Below, piece after piece: positions 46,585-57,192 of a DNA stretch of 64,000 nucleotides. A program made the position numbers and the translations under genes. Source of the DNA: an uncultured Thermoleophilia bacterium. GTDB taxonomy: Bacteria > Actinomycetota > Thermoleophilia > UBA2241. The notes beneath the pieces are model-generated. The model had not been told where the DNA came from, made no database searches, and saw only the letters and a list, made by a program, of their open reading frames with translations. The first letter of the stretch is position 1, and every line of letters begins with the position of its first letter. The stretch is from positions 37,606-101,605 of the forward strand of contig CAVQLY010000017.1 of NCBI GenBank assembly GCA_963713475.1, given 5' to 3'.

Positions 46585-47184
46585 ATGACGCTCCTCCTCG
46601 TCCGCCACGGCCAGACCGACTGGAACCGTGAACCCGCGCGCTGCTCGGGCTGGGCCGAGGTAGAGCTCAACGAGACTGGGCGCGGCCAGGCGCGCGACCT
46701 CGGTCGCGCGCTCACCGGGCGCGGCGTCGAGCTCATCGTCACCAGTCACCTCGTGCGCGCCCTCGAGACCGCCGAGCTGCTTCGCGACGAGCTCGGCGGC
46801 GAGCTGCCCCTCATCGTCGACCCCCGGCTCGCCGAGACGCATCGCGGCGAGTGGGAGACGCGCCGCTTCACCTCGATCATGCGCGAGGAGTCCGACGGGT
46901 GGCGGCACTACCTCGAGCGCCCCGCGACGTTCCGCTTCCCCGGCGGCGAGAGCCTGGAAGGGCAGCAGCGCCGCGTCCTGGCCTGCCTGCGCGACTGCGT
47001 GCTCGACGGCCGCACGGCGCTGCTCGTGACGCACGGCGGCAGCATCCGCCTCACCCGCTGCTTCCTCGAGGGCCGCGGCATCGATGCGTTCCACGCGACC
47101 AAGGCGGAGAACGGCTGCATGGACGAGATCGAGACGGACGGCCTCGCACAGCGGATCGACGCCCACCTCGGCCTGGAGGCCTGA
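46585..47184 (+). CDS. histidine phosphatase (phosphoglycerate mutase) family protein
   Basis: LLLVRHGQTDWN catalytic RHG motif, second His region VTHGGSIR. Confidence 0.75.
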   Translation: MTLLLVRHGQTDWNREPARCSGWAEVELNETGRGQARDLGRALTGRGVELIVTSHLVRALETAELLRDELGGELPLIVDPRLAETHRGEWETRRFTSIMREESDGWRHYLERPATFRFPGGESLEGQQRRVLACLRDCVLDGRTALLVTHGGSIRLTRCFLEGRGIDAFHATKAENGCMDEIETDGLAQRIDAHLGLEA

Positions 47185-47284
47185 GCCGTCGCGGAGCGGC
47201 GAACGCGGGAGTGCCGCTGAGCGTCCCTGTGGTATCCTTCGGCCCCGTGCCGACTGCTCACTCTTTTCGCTGCTCACAGAGGTC

Positions 47285-48532
47285 ATGACACCGCCCGACG
47301 ACCCCACGCCGACGCTCCCCGACGACTCCGCCCGACAGCCGCTCCCCGGCGAGCCCGGCTACCCGACCGGCTCCGCCGAGGCGCCGGCGATCGAGACGGC
47401 CGCGCCGGCGCCCGGCAAGCTCAAGCAGCGGGTCATCCCGGACCCGCCGGAGATGGACCAGGCCAAGGGCCGGCGGGCGTTCTTCTTCGTCCTGGTCCTG
47501 GTGCTGGTGACCGCGCTCGTCCTGGGTGCGGTGCTCGCGCTCAACGTCGTCGCCGACCCTTACGGCTCGGTCGGCACGCACCTCTTCCCGACCGTGACCA
47601 CCTCCGACCGCACGGTGAAGGCGGACCGCATCGAGGCGCTCAAGGAGCCGCCGGAGCTCGTCGTGCTCGGCAGCTCGCGTTCGATGCGCTACGAGCCCTC
47701 GTATCTGGAGAAGAAGACCGGCCTCAGGACCTTCAACGCCGGCGTCAACGGCATCGGCGGCACGGCGGACGCCTGGGCGATGACCCAGTTCATCCACGAG
47801 GTGTGGCCCGATGCGAACCCCGCGTACCTGTGGCTGGTCGACGTGGAGAGCTTCGTGCCGTTCGAGGTGCAGGCGCGCACGGCCAACGAGCCGCGCCTCG
47901 CCAAGTACGTCGGCGCGGCCACCGCCGGCAAGGGCGCCGTCGAGCTGGCCAAGGCGATCTGGCAGAACCGCACCACCCTCTTCTCTCTCGACACGGCCAA
48001 GGATTCGACCCGTCTCCTCCTCTACAGGGACAAGGCCAAGAACACCCAGAGCAAGTACCAGAAGCAGATCCTCGCCGACGGCGTGCTCAAGCAGCGCCTG
48101 TGGAGCAAGAAGGAGTGGAGCCGCCGCTACCCCAACTCCGTGCAGCGGTACAGCGACCTCTACAAGAACGTCTACCGCCAGATCGACCCGGCGTCGCAGG
48201 CGTACTTCGAGAAGACGCTCGCGTTCATGAACGAGCAGGGGATCACGCCGCTGCTCGTGCTCACGCCCATCAACCCCAAGCTGGCGAAGGTCCTCGACCC
48301 GCTGGGCCGCAAGACCCGCCATCAGCAGGTCGTCACGTACATCGAGTCGATGCAGGGCGAGTACGACTTCAAGTTCCTCGACCTCACCGACCCGTCGCTG
48401 TTCGGCTTCGACCCCAAGCAGTTCTACGACGGCATGCACATGACGACGATCAACACCCAGAAGGCGATCGACTACATCCTCAAGAAGACCGGCGGCGTGC
48501 CGCCGGTGAAGCCGCCGGCGGGCGGCGAGTAG
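47285..48532 (+). CDS. membrane-anchored SGNH-fold protein, DltD/AlgX-like partner of MBOAT
   Basis: N-terminal TM (FFFVLVLVLVTALVLGAVLAL), block-I-like VVLGSSRS, C-terminal DGMHMT (DxxH) as in DltD/SGNH hydrolases; immediately upstream of MBOAT gene. Confidence 0.45.
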   Translation: MTPPDDPTPTLPDDSARQPLPGEPGYPTGSAEAPAIETAAPAPGKLKQRVIPDPPEMDQAKGRRAFFFVLVLVLVTALVLGAVLALNVVADPYGSVGTHLFPTVTTSDRTVKADRIEALKEPPELVVLGSSRSMRYEPSYLEKKTGLRTFNAGVNGIGGTADAWAMTQFIHEVWPDANPAYLWLVDVESFVPFEVQARTANEPRLAKYVGAATAGKGAVELAKAIWQNRTTLFSLDTAKDSTRLLLYRDKAKNTQSKYQKQILADGVLKQRLWSKKEWSRRYPNSVQRYSDLYKNVYRQIDPASQAYFEKTLAFMNEQGITPLLVLTPINPKLAKVLDPLGRKTRHQQVVTYIESMQGEYDFKFLDLTDPSLFGFDPKQFYDGMHMTTINTQKAIDYILKKTGGVPPVKPPAGGE

Positions 48533-48542
48533 GCCCGGCGGC

Positions 48543-49952
48543 GTGCTCCTCAACAGCTACACGTTCCTGCTCATCTTCCTGCCGGTCGTCGTCGTCCTCT
48601 ATTGGCTGATCCCGCGCGGGTACGCGCGGCTGCTGTTCCTGATCGCCGCGTCGCTGCTCTTCTACGGGCTCTGGGACTGGCGCTACGTGCCGCTGCTGCT
48701 CGCGACCACCCTGGTCGACTGGGTCGCCGGGCACTACCTGGCGAAGAGCGAGACCGGCGAGGACGGCGCCGGCCGCCGCCGCAAGCTGCTCCTGGCGGCG
48801 GCCGTCGCCATCAACCTCGCGTTCCTCGGCTACTTCAAGTACCGCGGCTTCTTCGTCGACTCGCTCGACGGCATCCTCAGCCTCGTCGGCGCGGGCAAGC
48901 CGCTCCCGGCGCTCAAGCTGCTGCTGCCGATCGGCATCAGCTTCTACACGTTCGCCGGCATCTCGTACGCGGTGGACGTCTACCGCGGCACGATCAAGCC
49001 TGCGAAGAGCGTGATCCACTACCTGGCCTGGGTCACGCTGTTCCCGTACATCCTCGCCGGCCCGATCATCCGCTACGGCCACGTCGGCGCCCAGCTCGAG
49101 CGCTCGCAGCAGCGCTTCCGCTGGGCGCTCATCGGGACGGGCCTCTTCTTCGTCGTCATGGGCTTCGCCAAGAAGATGCTCGTCGCCGACATGATGGCGC
49201 CCTACGTGAACAACCTCTTCTCGCACCACGCCCACCTCGGGCTCCTGTCCGGCTGGGCGGCGGCGCTGGGCTACACGCTGCAGCTGTACTTCGACTTCTC
49301 GGGCTACAGCGACATGGCCGTCGGTGTGGCGATCATGATCGGTCTGCGCTTCCCGCAGAACTTCGACTCGCCGTACAAGGCGGTCAACCCGTCCGACTTC
49401 TGGCGACGCTGGCACATGACCCTCTCCGGCTGGCTGCGCGACTACCTGTTCATCCCGCTGGGCGGCTCCCGTGGTACGACGCTGCTCACCGTCCGCAACC
49501 TGCTCATCACCTTCCTGCTCGGCGGGCTGTGGCACGGACCCGCCTGGACGTTCGTCTTCTGGGGCCTTCTCTGGGGCACGTACCAGTCGGTGCACGTGGT
49601 GGCGAAGAAGTACGGGTTCGCGCCGAAATGGGTCTGGCTCAACCGGATCCTGACCTTCGTCGCCGCGACCGTCGCGTGGGTGTTCTTCCGCGCCTCGTCG
49701 ATGCGCGCCGCCGCCGACGTCCTCGCGGCGATGGTCGGCCTGAGGGGAGTCAGCGGCGAGGGCATCCTGCGCGTCGCGCCGATCCTCGCCGCGTTCATCG
49801 TCGGCGGCCTCCTCTGGGTGAACCTGCTGCCCAACACCTGGGAGATCCAGCCTCGTCCGAAGCTCCGCTACGCTCTGCTGCTCGGGATCGTGCTTGCGGC
49901 CTCGCTGCTCGCCCTGAGCAAACCCAGCCCCTTCCTCTACGTCCAGTTCTAG
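48543..49952 (+). CDS. MBOAT-family membrane-bound O-acyltransferase (AlgI/DltB-like)
   Basis: MLLNSYTFLLIFLPVVVVLYW N-terminus, conserved His region (RWHMTLSGWLRDYLFIPLGGSRG) of MBOAT. Confidence 0.85.
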   Translation: MLLNSYTFLLIFLPVVVVLYWLIPRGYARLLFLIAASLLFYGLWDWRYVPLLLATTLVDWVAGHYLAKSETGEDGAGRRRKLLLAAAVAINLAFLGYFKYRGFFVDSLDGILSLVGAGKPLPALKLLLPIGISFYTFAGISYAVDVYRGTIKPAKSVIHYLAWVTLFPYILAGPIIRYGHVGAQLERSQQRFRWALIGTGLFFVVMGFAKKMLVADMMAPYVNNLFSHHAHLGLLSGWAAALGYTLQLYFDFSGYSDMAVGVAIMIGLRFPQNFDSPYKAVNPSDFWRRWHMTLSGWLRDYLFIPLGGSRGTTLLTVRNLLITFLLGGLWHGPAWTFVFWGLLWGTYQSVHVVAKKYGFAPKWVWLNRILTFVAATVAWVFFRASSMRAAADVLAAMVGLRGVSGEGILRVAPILAAFIVGGLLWVNLLPNTWEIQPRPKLRYALLLGIVLAASLLALSKPSPFLYVQF

Positions 49953-49961
49953 GAGGCCGCG

Positions 49962-51581
49962 GTGGGCCGCGACCACTCCCGCCGGCTGAGTCTCATCGCC
50001 TTCGTGGTGCTGGCGATCGCCCTGCTCGCCGGCACGGGTCTGCGCGTCCACGCCCAGCAGGCGAGCCCCAACATCCAGCACGACGAGGCGTGGTCGTATG
50101 CGAGCGCCTCCGGCCGGCTCGGCCCCTTCCTGGCCGCCATGGACGGCGGCCTCACGGGCCGCTGGGTGCCGGCGAGCGAGTGGCAGCACTTCTGGCAGTC
50201 TGACGGGCTCAGCGACGTGGGCAGGATCGGCCCCGACCTCGCCGCCAACGACGTGCACCCGCCGCTCTACTTCGGCCTGCTGCACGGCTGGCTGGCGATC
50301 ACCGGCGAGCACGTGTGGTCGGGGCGAGCGCTCAACCTGGTCTTCGCGGCGCTCGCCGTCCTCGCCATCTTCGGCTTGGCCCGCGCCCTCGGCTTCGAGC
50401 GGCTCGAGGGCGCGCTGGTCGCTCTCGTCTGGGCGGTGAGCCCGGCCGTGGTGAGCGTCTCGTCGATCACCCGCCAGTACGACCTGGTGGCGCTCACGAC
50501 CGTCCTGCTCGTCTGGGGATTGGTGAAGGCCTGCGGCGCGCCGCCTGAGCAGATCGAGGGCGAGCGGCGCCCGCGCACCTGGCTCTGGCTCGCCGTGCTC
50601 TGGGTGGCCGCCGCCACCGCCGCGGCGCTGCTCACGCACTATCAGGCGGTGCTGCTGGTCGCCGGCGGCGCCTTCTACGTCGTCGCCGGCTTCCTCCTGG
50701 CCCGCCGGAGCGGCCGGCGCCGGCCCTGGTGGCCGCCGCTGCTCGGCCTGGCGGCCGGCACGCTCGCCGCGGCCCTGCTGGCGCCGGGCTGGTCCGGCGC
50801 CTTCGGCCGCGAGCGCTCCAAGCTGGAGCACTTCTCCACCAAGGTGCTCGTCGAGAAACTCGACGCCATCGCCCAGACGCTCGGCCGGTTCATCGGTGGG
50901 CCGGTCCTGATCATCGCGGCCGCTGTCGTCGTGGTCGTTGTGCTGCTGCTCATCCCGCGCACGCGGCGCAACATCGTGCAGCGCGTCAGGACCGCCCGGC
51001 CGGGGTGGTGGACGATCCTCTACTTCGCGGTGTTCACGGCCGGCGCGATCATCCTCCAGAACGTGCTGTTCCTCAGCATGCCGCCGCGCATCAGTGCGCG
51101 ATACCTGGCCATGGCGTGGCCGTTCCTCGCGTTCCTGCCGCTGCTGTTCTTCGGGCTGTGGCCGAAGGCTCGCTACGCGCTCACCGCGGCCTTCTGCCTG
51201 CTGGTGCTGGTCCCGGTCGCGATCGCGGCTCCTCTGCAGCACGGCGGCAAGGACCGGATGGACCTGACGGGGCTCGCCGGCGCCGACGCCGTGCTGGTGG
51301 ACAACGTCGGCGCCGGCGAGCTCCCGCGCTTCCTCTGGTCGGTGCCGGCGGACGCGCCGGTGTTCGTCGGCACGCAGAAGGAGTTCCTCGCCGACCAGGG
51401 CGCCTGGAGCACCGCGGACCTGGGCGACAAGGCCTACTACGTGAGCATCCTCCGCTCCGGCGGCAAGTACCGGGACCGCAACGCCATCCTCGCCGAGCTG
51501 CGTCGCACGCATGAGGTCACCCAGGTGGCGACGAACGGGTTCGTGTACATCTACGAGATCACGCCGAAGCCGGCAGAGTAG
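49962..51581 (+). CDS. glycosyltransferase family 39/83-like (ArnT/PMT-type) membrane protein, GTG start
   Basis: DEAWSYA...HPPLYFGLLHGWL (DE..h.PPL motif of ArnT/PMT), ~11 TM helices, C-terminal soluble domain. Confidence 0.55.
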   Translation: MGRDHSRRLSLIAFVVLAIALLAGTGLRVHAQQASPNIQHDEAWSYASASGRLGPFLAAMDGGLTGRWVPASEWQHFWQSDGLSDVGRIGPDLAANDVHPPLYFGLLHGWLAITGEHVWSGRALNLVFAALAVLAIFGLARALGFERLEGALVALVWAVSPAVVSVSSITRQYDLVALTTVLLVWGLVKACGAPPEQIEGERRPRTWLWLAVLWVAAATAAALLTHYQAVLLVAGGAFYVVAGFLLARRSGRRRPWWPPLLGLAAGTLAAALLAPGWSGAFGRERSKLEHFSTKVLVEKLDAIAQTLGRFIGGPVLIIAAAVVVVVVLLLIPRTRRNIVQRVRTARPGWWTILYFAVFTAGAIILQNVLFLSMPPRISARYLAMAWPFLAFLPLLFFGLWPKARYALTAAFCLLVLVPVAIAAPLQHGGKDRMDLTGLAGADAVLVDNVGAGELPRFLWSVPADAPVFVGTQKEFLADQGAWSTADLGDKAYYVSILRSGGKYRDRNAILAELRRTHEVTQVATNGFVYIYEITPKPAE

Positions 51582-51623
51582 CGGAGCCGGCGGGAGCCTC
51601 CCGGTCGCGCCGGGACGCCGGCG

Positions 51624-52608
51624 TCAGAGTGCCTGGTTGAGCGCGGAGTCGCGCTGCTCCCAGCGCCGCAGCTCGAGGTCCCTGGGCAGCCTGACCCAGA
51701 AGCCGAACGCCTGCTGGTCGCCGACCAGGCTCGCCTTGCCGTCCCGCGTGACCTCGATCCAGCCGTGCCAGCGGCCGGCCAGGTCGAGCGGCCACGACGA
51801 CGACACCTCGATGGACTGGCCGGCGGCCAAGGTGAGTGGCTCGTCGGAGACCAGGTCGCGCACGGTCCGGCCGGGGCCGCGGATGGCCATGCGGATGCCC
51901 TCGAGCTCGAGCGGCTGGCCGCCCGTGTTGGTCAGCGTGAACCAGGCGTAGATGCGCTGGCCGACCTCGCGGTCGCCGCTGTCGAGCTTGACGGAACCGC
52001 TGAGCGCGACCAGGCCGGGCTCCGAGGACGGCGGCGTGGGGCTCGGGCTGGGCGTTGCGCCGGCGGCGGCGACGCGCGTGTCGTCCGGATTGCCGCCGAG
52101 CTCGATCATGAACGCCTTGACGTTCGTGATCCACTGCTCGGTCCCGTCGGGGCAGTACTTGGGCGCGATCGCGTCCACTGAGTAGAGGCCGACGTCGTGG
52201 TAGAGCGGGCCACCGAGCCCCTCGGCGACGCGAGCGATGCCCTCACCCCAGGAGGTGAAGTCGCTGGTCGGCCACGTGGGGCCGTAGAACCAGTTGAACG
52301 CGTTGAACGTGCACTGGTCGCCGTCCTTGGGAGTACAGCAGCTTGCCGAAGCTGGTCTCGGCGCCGGAGATGGCGACGAGGAAGACGGGGTCGACCCCGT
52401 ACAGCTGACCCTCGGCGATGAAGGTGGCGCCGGTGCCGGCCATGGGAGATCCGTGCTGGGTGAGGAAGGCGTCGAGCTGGGTGGCATCGGGAGACGCCGC
52501 GGCCGCCGGCGCGAACGCGAGCGCGCCGGCCAGGGCGGCGGCGAGCAGTACGAGGAGTGCCGCCGCGACGACGACGCTGACTGGCTTGCTGTGGGCCCGC
52601 TGCTTCAC
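51624..52608 (-). CDS. hypothetical secreted protein (frameshift near 52310), GTG start
   Basis: RBS GGAGAAG; signal peptide VKQRAHSKPVSVVVAAALLVLLAAALAGALAFA; N-terminal FIAEGQLYGVDPVFLVAISGAETSFG region, then continues in ORF 51624..52487 frame. Confidence 0.4.
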
Positions 52609-52837
52609 TGAGGCTTCTCCCGCCCTACCCGAACGAACCTCAAGTATAGCCGGGTCGGCGCCGCGCGCCGACCCGGCGCGGACGCCGTCCCGGGTGGCGT
52701 CCGTCAGGGAGACGACCGGGGACGCGCGCCGGTTCGCTCGGGGGCGGCGGACCCGGCTGATCCGCCCGCGAATCGAGGGGCTCGGCCGGCGGCGGCGTCC
52801 GGGTTCCCGAGGCGGGCGCAGCAGGTAGGATGAGCGC

Positions 52838-53959
52838 ATGACTGCCGACCTCGACCGCCTCGCCTGCGACGACCGTTTCCCGGGCCTGCAGATCGTGCGC
52901 CTCATGCGCCGCGCGATCGAGAGCACGCGCCTCGATCTGAAGGGGCTGCGCGTGCTCACCGAGGCCTCCGTAGGATACCGGCGCATCACGCCGACGCTCG
53001 CCGCGCTGGCCGGCGCCGACGAGGTCTACGCCGTCGGACGCGACACGGTCGCGGCGTCGCGCAAGGAGGCCGAGGAGCAGACCGCGTACTTCGCCGAGCT
53101 CGCCCGCGTCGGCGCGCGGGTCAAGCTCCTCTCGACACGCCTGCAGGCGCCGCTCGAGACCGTCGACGTGGTGACCGACCTCCCCGGCGTGCGGCCGATC
53201 GACGAGTCCATCATCCGCAACGTCGCCGAGACCGCCGCCGTGACCCTCATGCGCGGTACGGCCCACTGGCGCGGCGGGGACGTCGACGTCGCGACCTGCC
53301 GGCGGCACGGCATCGCCGTGGCCGGGCTCGACGAAGAGGCGGTCGGCCTGCACCGCTATCCGCCGCTGGGCGTGCTCGCCGCGCTGCTCGAGCTTGGCAT
53401 CGAGGTCGCCGGCTCCACCATCGTGGTCGCCGGCGACGGCCCGTCGTCCGCCTACATCGTGCAGGCGCTCGCCCGGCAGGGAGCGCGCGTGCTCGTGGCG
53501 GCGCCGGAGTCGGCCGGCCGCATCGGCCTGTTCGGCGGCGAGAAGGCCGGAGACGCCCTGGGCGACGACGGCGTCGCCGGCCGCCTGCCGGAGGCGGACG
53601 CCCTCGTGCTCTGCCCGGCCGACGCGAGCGAGCGCCGGGTGGGACCAGGCGCGCCCACGGACGCCGCGCGCCTCGCGGCGGCCGCGCCGCACCTCGCCGT
53701 GGTGGGCGTCGAGGCCGAGAGCGACCTGCGTGCGCTCGGCTCCGCCGGCCTGCGCTGCCGGCCGGCCGGCGGTCCCGGCGGCATCTTCGACCTCCTGCCG
53801 CAGGCCGTGGTCGCGCAGGTCACGGCCGGCCTCAAGGTCGCCGAGGTGATGACGCGGGCGCGGCGGCGCGGCTCTTCGCCGCTCGCCGCCGAGCAGCTCG
53901 CCGCCACAGAGGCGCACGCCGAACTGCTGCCCAAGGACCTGTCCGCCGCCCGGCGGTAG
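52838..53959 (+). CDS. hypothetical protein (373 aa), possible Rossmann-like domain
   Basis: Clean ORF with GxGxxG-like TIVVAGDGPSSAYIVQAL segment; function not recognisable. Confidence 0.4.
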   Translation: MTADLDRLACDDRFPGLQIVRLMRRAIESTRLDLKGLRVLTEASVGYRRITPTLAALAGADEVYAVGRDTVAASRKEAEEQTAYFAELARVGARVKLLSTRLQAPLETVDVVTDLPGVRPIDESIIRNVAETAAVTLMRGTAHWRGGDVDVATCRRHGIAVAGLDEEAVGLHRYPPLGVLAALLELGIEVAGSTIVVAGDGPSSAYIVQALARQGARVLVAAPESAGRIGLFGGEKAGDALGDDGVAGRLPEADALVLCPADASERRVGPGAPTDAARLAAAAPHLAVVGVEAESDLRALGSAGLRCRPAGGPGGIFDLLPQAVVAQVTAGLKVAEVMTRARRRGSSPLAAEQLAATEAHAELLPKDLSAARR

Positions 53960-54127
53960 CTTGGCCCGAGGCGGGGCGGCGGACCCGTACGTGCGTCAGG
54001 AAGTCCGCTTCGAGGCTGGATGGTAGAATCCGGCGGACCACGGCAACCGGCGGCCGGCGGCCGTCCCCGCGGCCGGCCGTACCCACCAGTCTCCGGAGGC
54101 ACCACGAACCCATTCGCCCGCCTGCGC

Positions 54128-55825
54128 ATGGGCCGACGCAAGAAGCCGAGCGGCCACGGCTACTCGCTGCTGCTGAAGGACTCCGTGATCTACGGCGGCG
54201 GCCGGATGCTGCAGAAGTTCCTGACGGCGCTCATGCTGCCGCTCTTCACCGCGTTCCTCACCAAGAGCGACTACGGCATCGTCGGCATGGTGGTCACGGT
54301 GACGACGTTCCTCGACGTCTTCGTCACCCTCGGCTTCGACGTCGCGTTCACCCGCTTCTACTTCGACGACAAGAGCCCGAAGCACCGCAGCGACGTCATC
54401 ACCCACGTCTTCTACGTGAAGTGCTTCTACCCGGCCATCCTGCTGGGCGCCCTCATGGCCCTGATGCCGTGGATCTCCAGCACGCTCATGGGTGGCGGCG
54501 GCTACACGATCTACTTCGACATCGGCGTCGCGACGCTCTTCTTCACCAACCTGAGCGACCTGCCGTTCACGCTCATGCGGCTGGAGCACCGGCCCTGGAC
54601 GTTCACCACCTTCACCATCGCCCGGGTGCTCATCCAGGTGCCGATGGCGATCGTCTTCCTGGCCGTGTTCCACTGGGGCCCGGCCGGCTACCTGGGCGCC
54701 AACCTGGCCACGGCCGTCATCCTCAACCTCGCCGCCATGCCCTTCTACGTCCCGCGGCTCCGCTTCCTCTGGGACAGGCCGCTGATGCGCTCGATGCTGG
54801 CGTTCGCCGTCCCGGCCATGTTCACCGCCATCTCGTTCTTCTTCCTCAAGCTCAGCGACCGGTTCTTCCTGCTGCATTACCAGGGCATCGCCGTCGTCGG
54901 CCTCTACACCGTGGCCAACTCGCTCTCGCAGCCGCTCTACATCGTCGGCATGGCGTTCCGCATGGCCTGGCCGCAGTGGCACTACGCCAAGCTCAACGAG
55001 CCGGAGAAGCACAAGCGCATGGTCTCGCGCTCGTCCACCTACTTCATGGCGTTCAACGGCATCCTGCTGGCGCTGGTGGGCTTCTACCTGCCGCTGGTCA
55101 TCCACGTGCTGCTGAACGAGAAGTTCTGGTCCGTGGGACCGACGACGTTCGTGCTCACGCTCTCCGTAGCGCTCTACAACCTGTACTTCATCTTCTGGAT
55201 CGGGGCCAACGTCGCCAAGAAGAACCGGCTGATCCCCGTGATCACCCTCGTCGCGTCGGGCGTGAACGTGGGGCTGAACTTCCTGCTCGTCCCCACCTAC
55301 GGCATGTGGGCCGCGGCGTGGACGACGACCATCGGCTTCGGCATCCTCGCCGTGCTCGTCTACTTCATCTCGAACCGGTGGTATCCGATCCCGTACGAGT
55401 GGCGCCGGCTCATCACGATCGCCGGGGCGACGGCGCTCACGCTCGGCGCCGGATGGGCGATCGGGCTGGCGACCGGCGTCAGCGTGCATCAGCCGCTGGG
55501 AGACCTGATCCTCGGCGAGCTGGCGATGACGCCGGCGCTGCTCGTGTTCCCGCTCGTGCTGTGGGCGACGCGGTTCTTCACGCCCGGAGAGCGCAGCAGG
55601 CTCCGGGCGGCCGCAGGACGCGTGACCGGTCGGCGCGCCAGGCCGGCGGCGCCGGTCGCGGCGGCCGTCCCCGCGGCCGCGGTCGCCACCGCCGGCGTCG
55701 CCGCGGGGGCAGCGCCTGCAGCCGGAGCCGAAGGACTCACGGCAGACGACCTCGAGGCGGAGCTGGAGGAGACGGAGATCGAGGCCGAAGTCGACATCGC
55801 CGAGGGCGGGAGCACCACGCTATGA
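54128..55825 (+). CDS. Wzx-like oligosaccharide flippase (polysaccharide biosynthesis protein, MOP superfamily)
   Basis: ~12-14 TM helices, N-terminal GYSLLLKDSVIYGGGRMLQKFLTALMLPLFTAFLTKSDYGIVG typical of Wzx/RfbX. Confidence 0.75.
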   Translation: MGRRKKPSGHGYSLLLKDSVIYGGGRMLQKFLTALMLPLFTAFLTKSDYGIVGMVVTVTTFLDVFVTLGFDVAFTRFYFDDKSPKHRSDVITHVFYVKCFYPAILLGALMALMPWISSTLMGGGGYTIYFDIGVATLFFTNLSDLPFTLMRLEHRPWTFTTFTIARVLIQVPMAIVFLAVFHWGPAGYLGANLATAVILNLAAMPFYVPRLRFLWDRPLMRSMLAFAVPAMFTAISFFFLKLSDRFFLLHYQGIAVVGLYTVANSLSQPLYIVGMAFRMAWPQWHYAKLNEPEKHKRMVSRSSTYFMAFNGILLALVGFYLPLVIHVLLNEKFWSVGPTTFVLTLSVALYNLYFIFWIGANVAKKNRLIPVITLVASGVNVGLNFLLVPTYGMWAAAWTTTIGFGILAVLVYFISNRWYPIPYEWRRLITIAGATALTLGAGWAIGLATGVSVHQPLGDLILGELAMTPALLVFPLVLWATRFFTPGERSRLRAAAGRVTGRRARPAAPVAAAVPAAAVATAGVAAGAAPAAGAEGLTADDLEAELEETEIEAEVDIAEGGSTTL

Positions 55826-57075
55826 AGAAGCTGCTCGTGATCGCCAACCCGTATCCGCCGATGGCGAGCGCGGGGACCACCCGGGTGGTGCGCTTCCTGC
55901 GGCACCTGCCCGACGAGGGCTGGGAGCCGTCGGTGCTGACGGCCACGGCGACCGGCCCGGCCGCCGTGCCGCCGGGCGTGCGCGTGGCCAGGGCCGCAGT
56001 GCCCTGGCCGAAGCAGCTTCTCGGCGGCGGTCGCCGGAGCACGAAGGTGAACCGGTGGGTGGCGGTGCCCGACCCCTACTTCGCCTGGGTCGGGCCGGCG
56101 ATCATGAAGGGCCGCGAGATCTTCAAGCGGGAGCACTTCGACGTGATCTTCAGCAGCTCGCCGCGGGCGAGCGTGCACCTCGTCGCCGCCGTGCTCTCGG
56201 AGCACGCCGGCGTGCCGTGGCTGGCCGACTATCGCGACCCGTGGTCGACCTACCAGTTCCGGCAGTACCCCACGCGGGGGCACAAGGCGGCCCACGCGCG
56301 GCTCGAGTCGTGGGCGCTCGGCCGGGCCGGCGCCGTGACCGCGGTGAACCGGCCGATCGTCGACGATCTGGTCGCGCGGCATCCATGGCTGGCGGACCGC
56401 GCCCACGTGCTCCCCAACGGCTTCGACCGCGCCGAGCAGCCGGCGGACGTCTCGCTCGGCGAGGGCTTCTGGATCGTCCACACGGGCCGGCTCTACGGGC
56501 GCGAGCAGCAGGTCTCAGCGTTCCTCGAGGCGCTCGCGACGCTGCCGGCCGACGTCAAGACGCTGTTCGTCGGCGTCGACGAGAGCCGCGTGCGCCCGGA
56601 CGCCGACCGCCTCGGCCTCGGCGACCGCGTGCGCGTCGAGCCGCTCGTGCCGCTGCCGGTCGCGCTCGGCTACCAGCGCGCCGCCGACGCGCTGCTGCTG
56701 GTCAACGGGCGCCGGCCGGAGAGCATGTCGAGCAAGGTCTTCGAGTACCTGCAGGCCGGCCGGCCGATCTTCGCCATCTCGCCGGCCGGCTCCGCCGCCC
56801 GGGGGCTCTTCGCCGAGACCGGCGCCGGCACGTGCGTCCTTCCCGACGACCCGATGGCGGAGCCGCTGGCGGCGTTCGTCGCCGCCGTGCGCGAAGGGCG
56901 GGCGCCCGTCGCCGATCCCGCCGCCATCGGCCGCTACGAGCTCGCCCACCTCACCGTCGAGCTCGCCGCCATCCTGGACGGCCTCGCCGCGCACCCCTGG
57001 GTGGCCGACCCCGACGACCGGGGCGAGGCGGCAGGACCGGGACACCCTCCGGAGGCTGGTGCCCGGTCGCTTTGA
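55822..57075 (+). CDS. glycosyltransferase family 4
   Basis: ATGA coupling with flippase; GT-B fold with E-x7-E-like motif (SKVFEYLQAGRPIFA). Confidence 0.75.
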   Translation: MKKLLVIANPYPPMASAGTTRVVRFLRHLPDEGWEPSVLTATATGPAAVPPGVRVARAAVPWPKQLLGGGRRSTKVNRWVAVPDPYFAWVGPAIMKGREIFKREHFDVIFSSSPRASVHLVAAVLSEHAGVPWLADYRDPWSTYQFRQYPTRGHKAAHARLESWALGRAGAVTAVNRPIVDDLVARHPWLADRAHVLPNGFDRAEQPADVSLGEGFWIVHTGRLYGREQQVSAFLEALATLPADVKTLFVGVDESRVRPDADRLGLGDRVRVEPLVPLPVALGYQRAADALLLVNGRRPESMSSKVFEYLQAGRPIFAISPAGSAARGLFAETGAGTCVLPDDPMAEPLAAFVAAVREGRAPVADPAAIGRYELAHLTVELAAILDGLAAHPWVADPDDRGEAAGPGHPPEAGARSL

Positions 57076-57192
57076 AGCTGCCAAGGCACAGCCTGACGGG
57101 GGTGCCGCACGGCGGCGCCGAGTACGCCGCTGGTAGGATGCGAGCATGATCGCCGGCTCTTCGTCCGATACCGAACGCCGCTCGCGGCCGCG

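Noticed and set aside
48480-51512. 1010-aa minus-strand ORF
   Set aside because: Antisense to the well-supported MBOAT and GT39 genes; the composition (R/E/G/A/D-rich, no hydrophobic segments or motifs) is characteristic of a high-GC reverse-strand shadow ORF.
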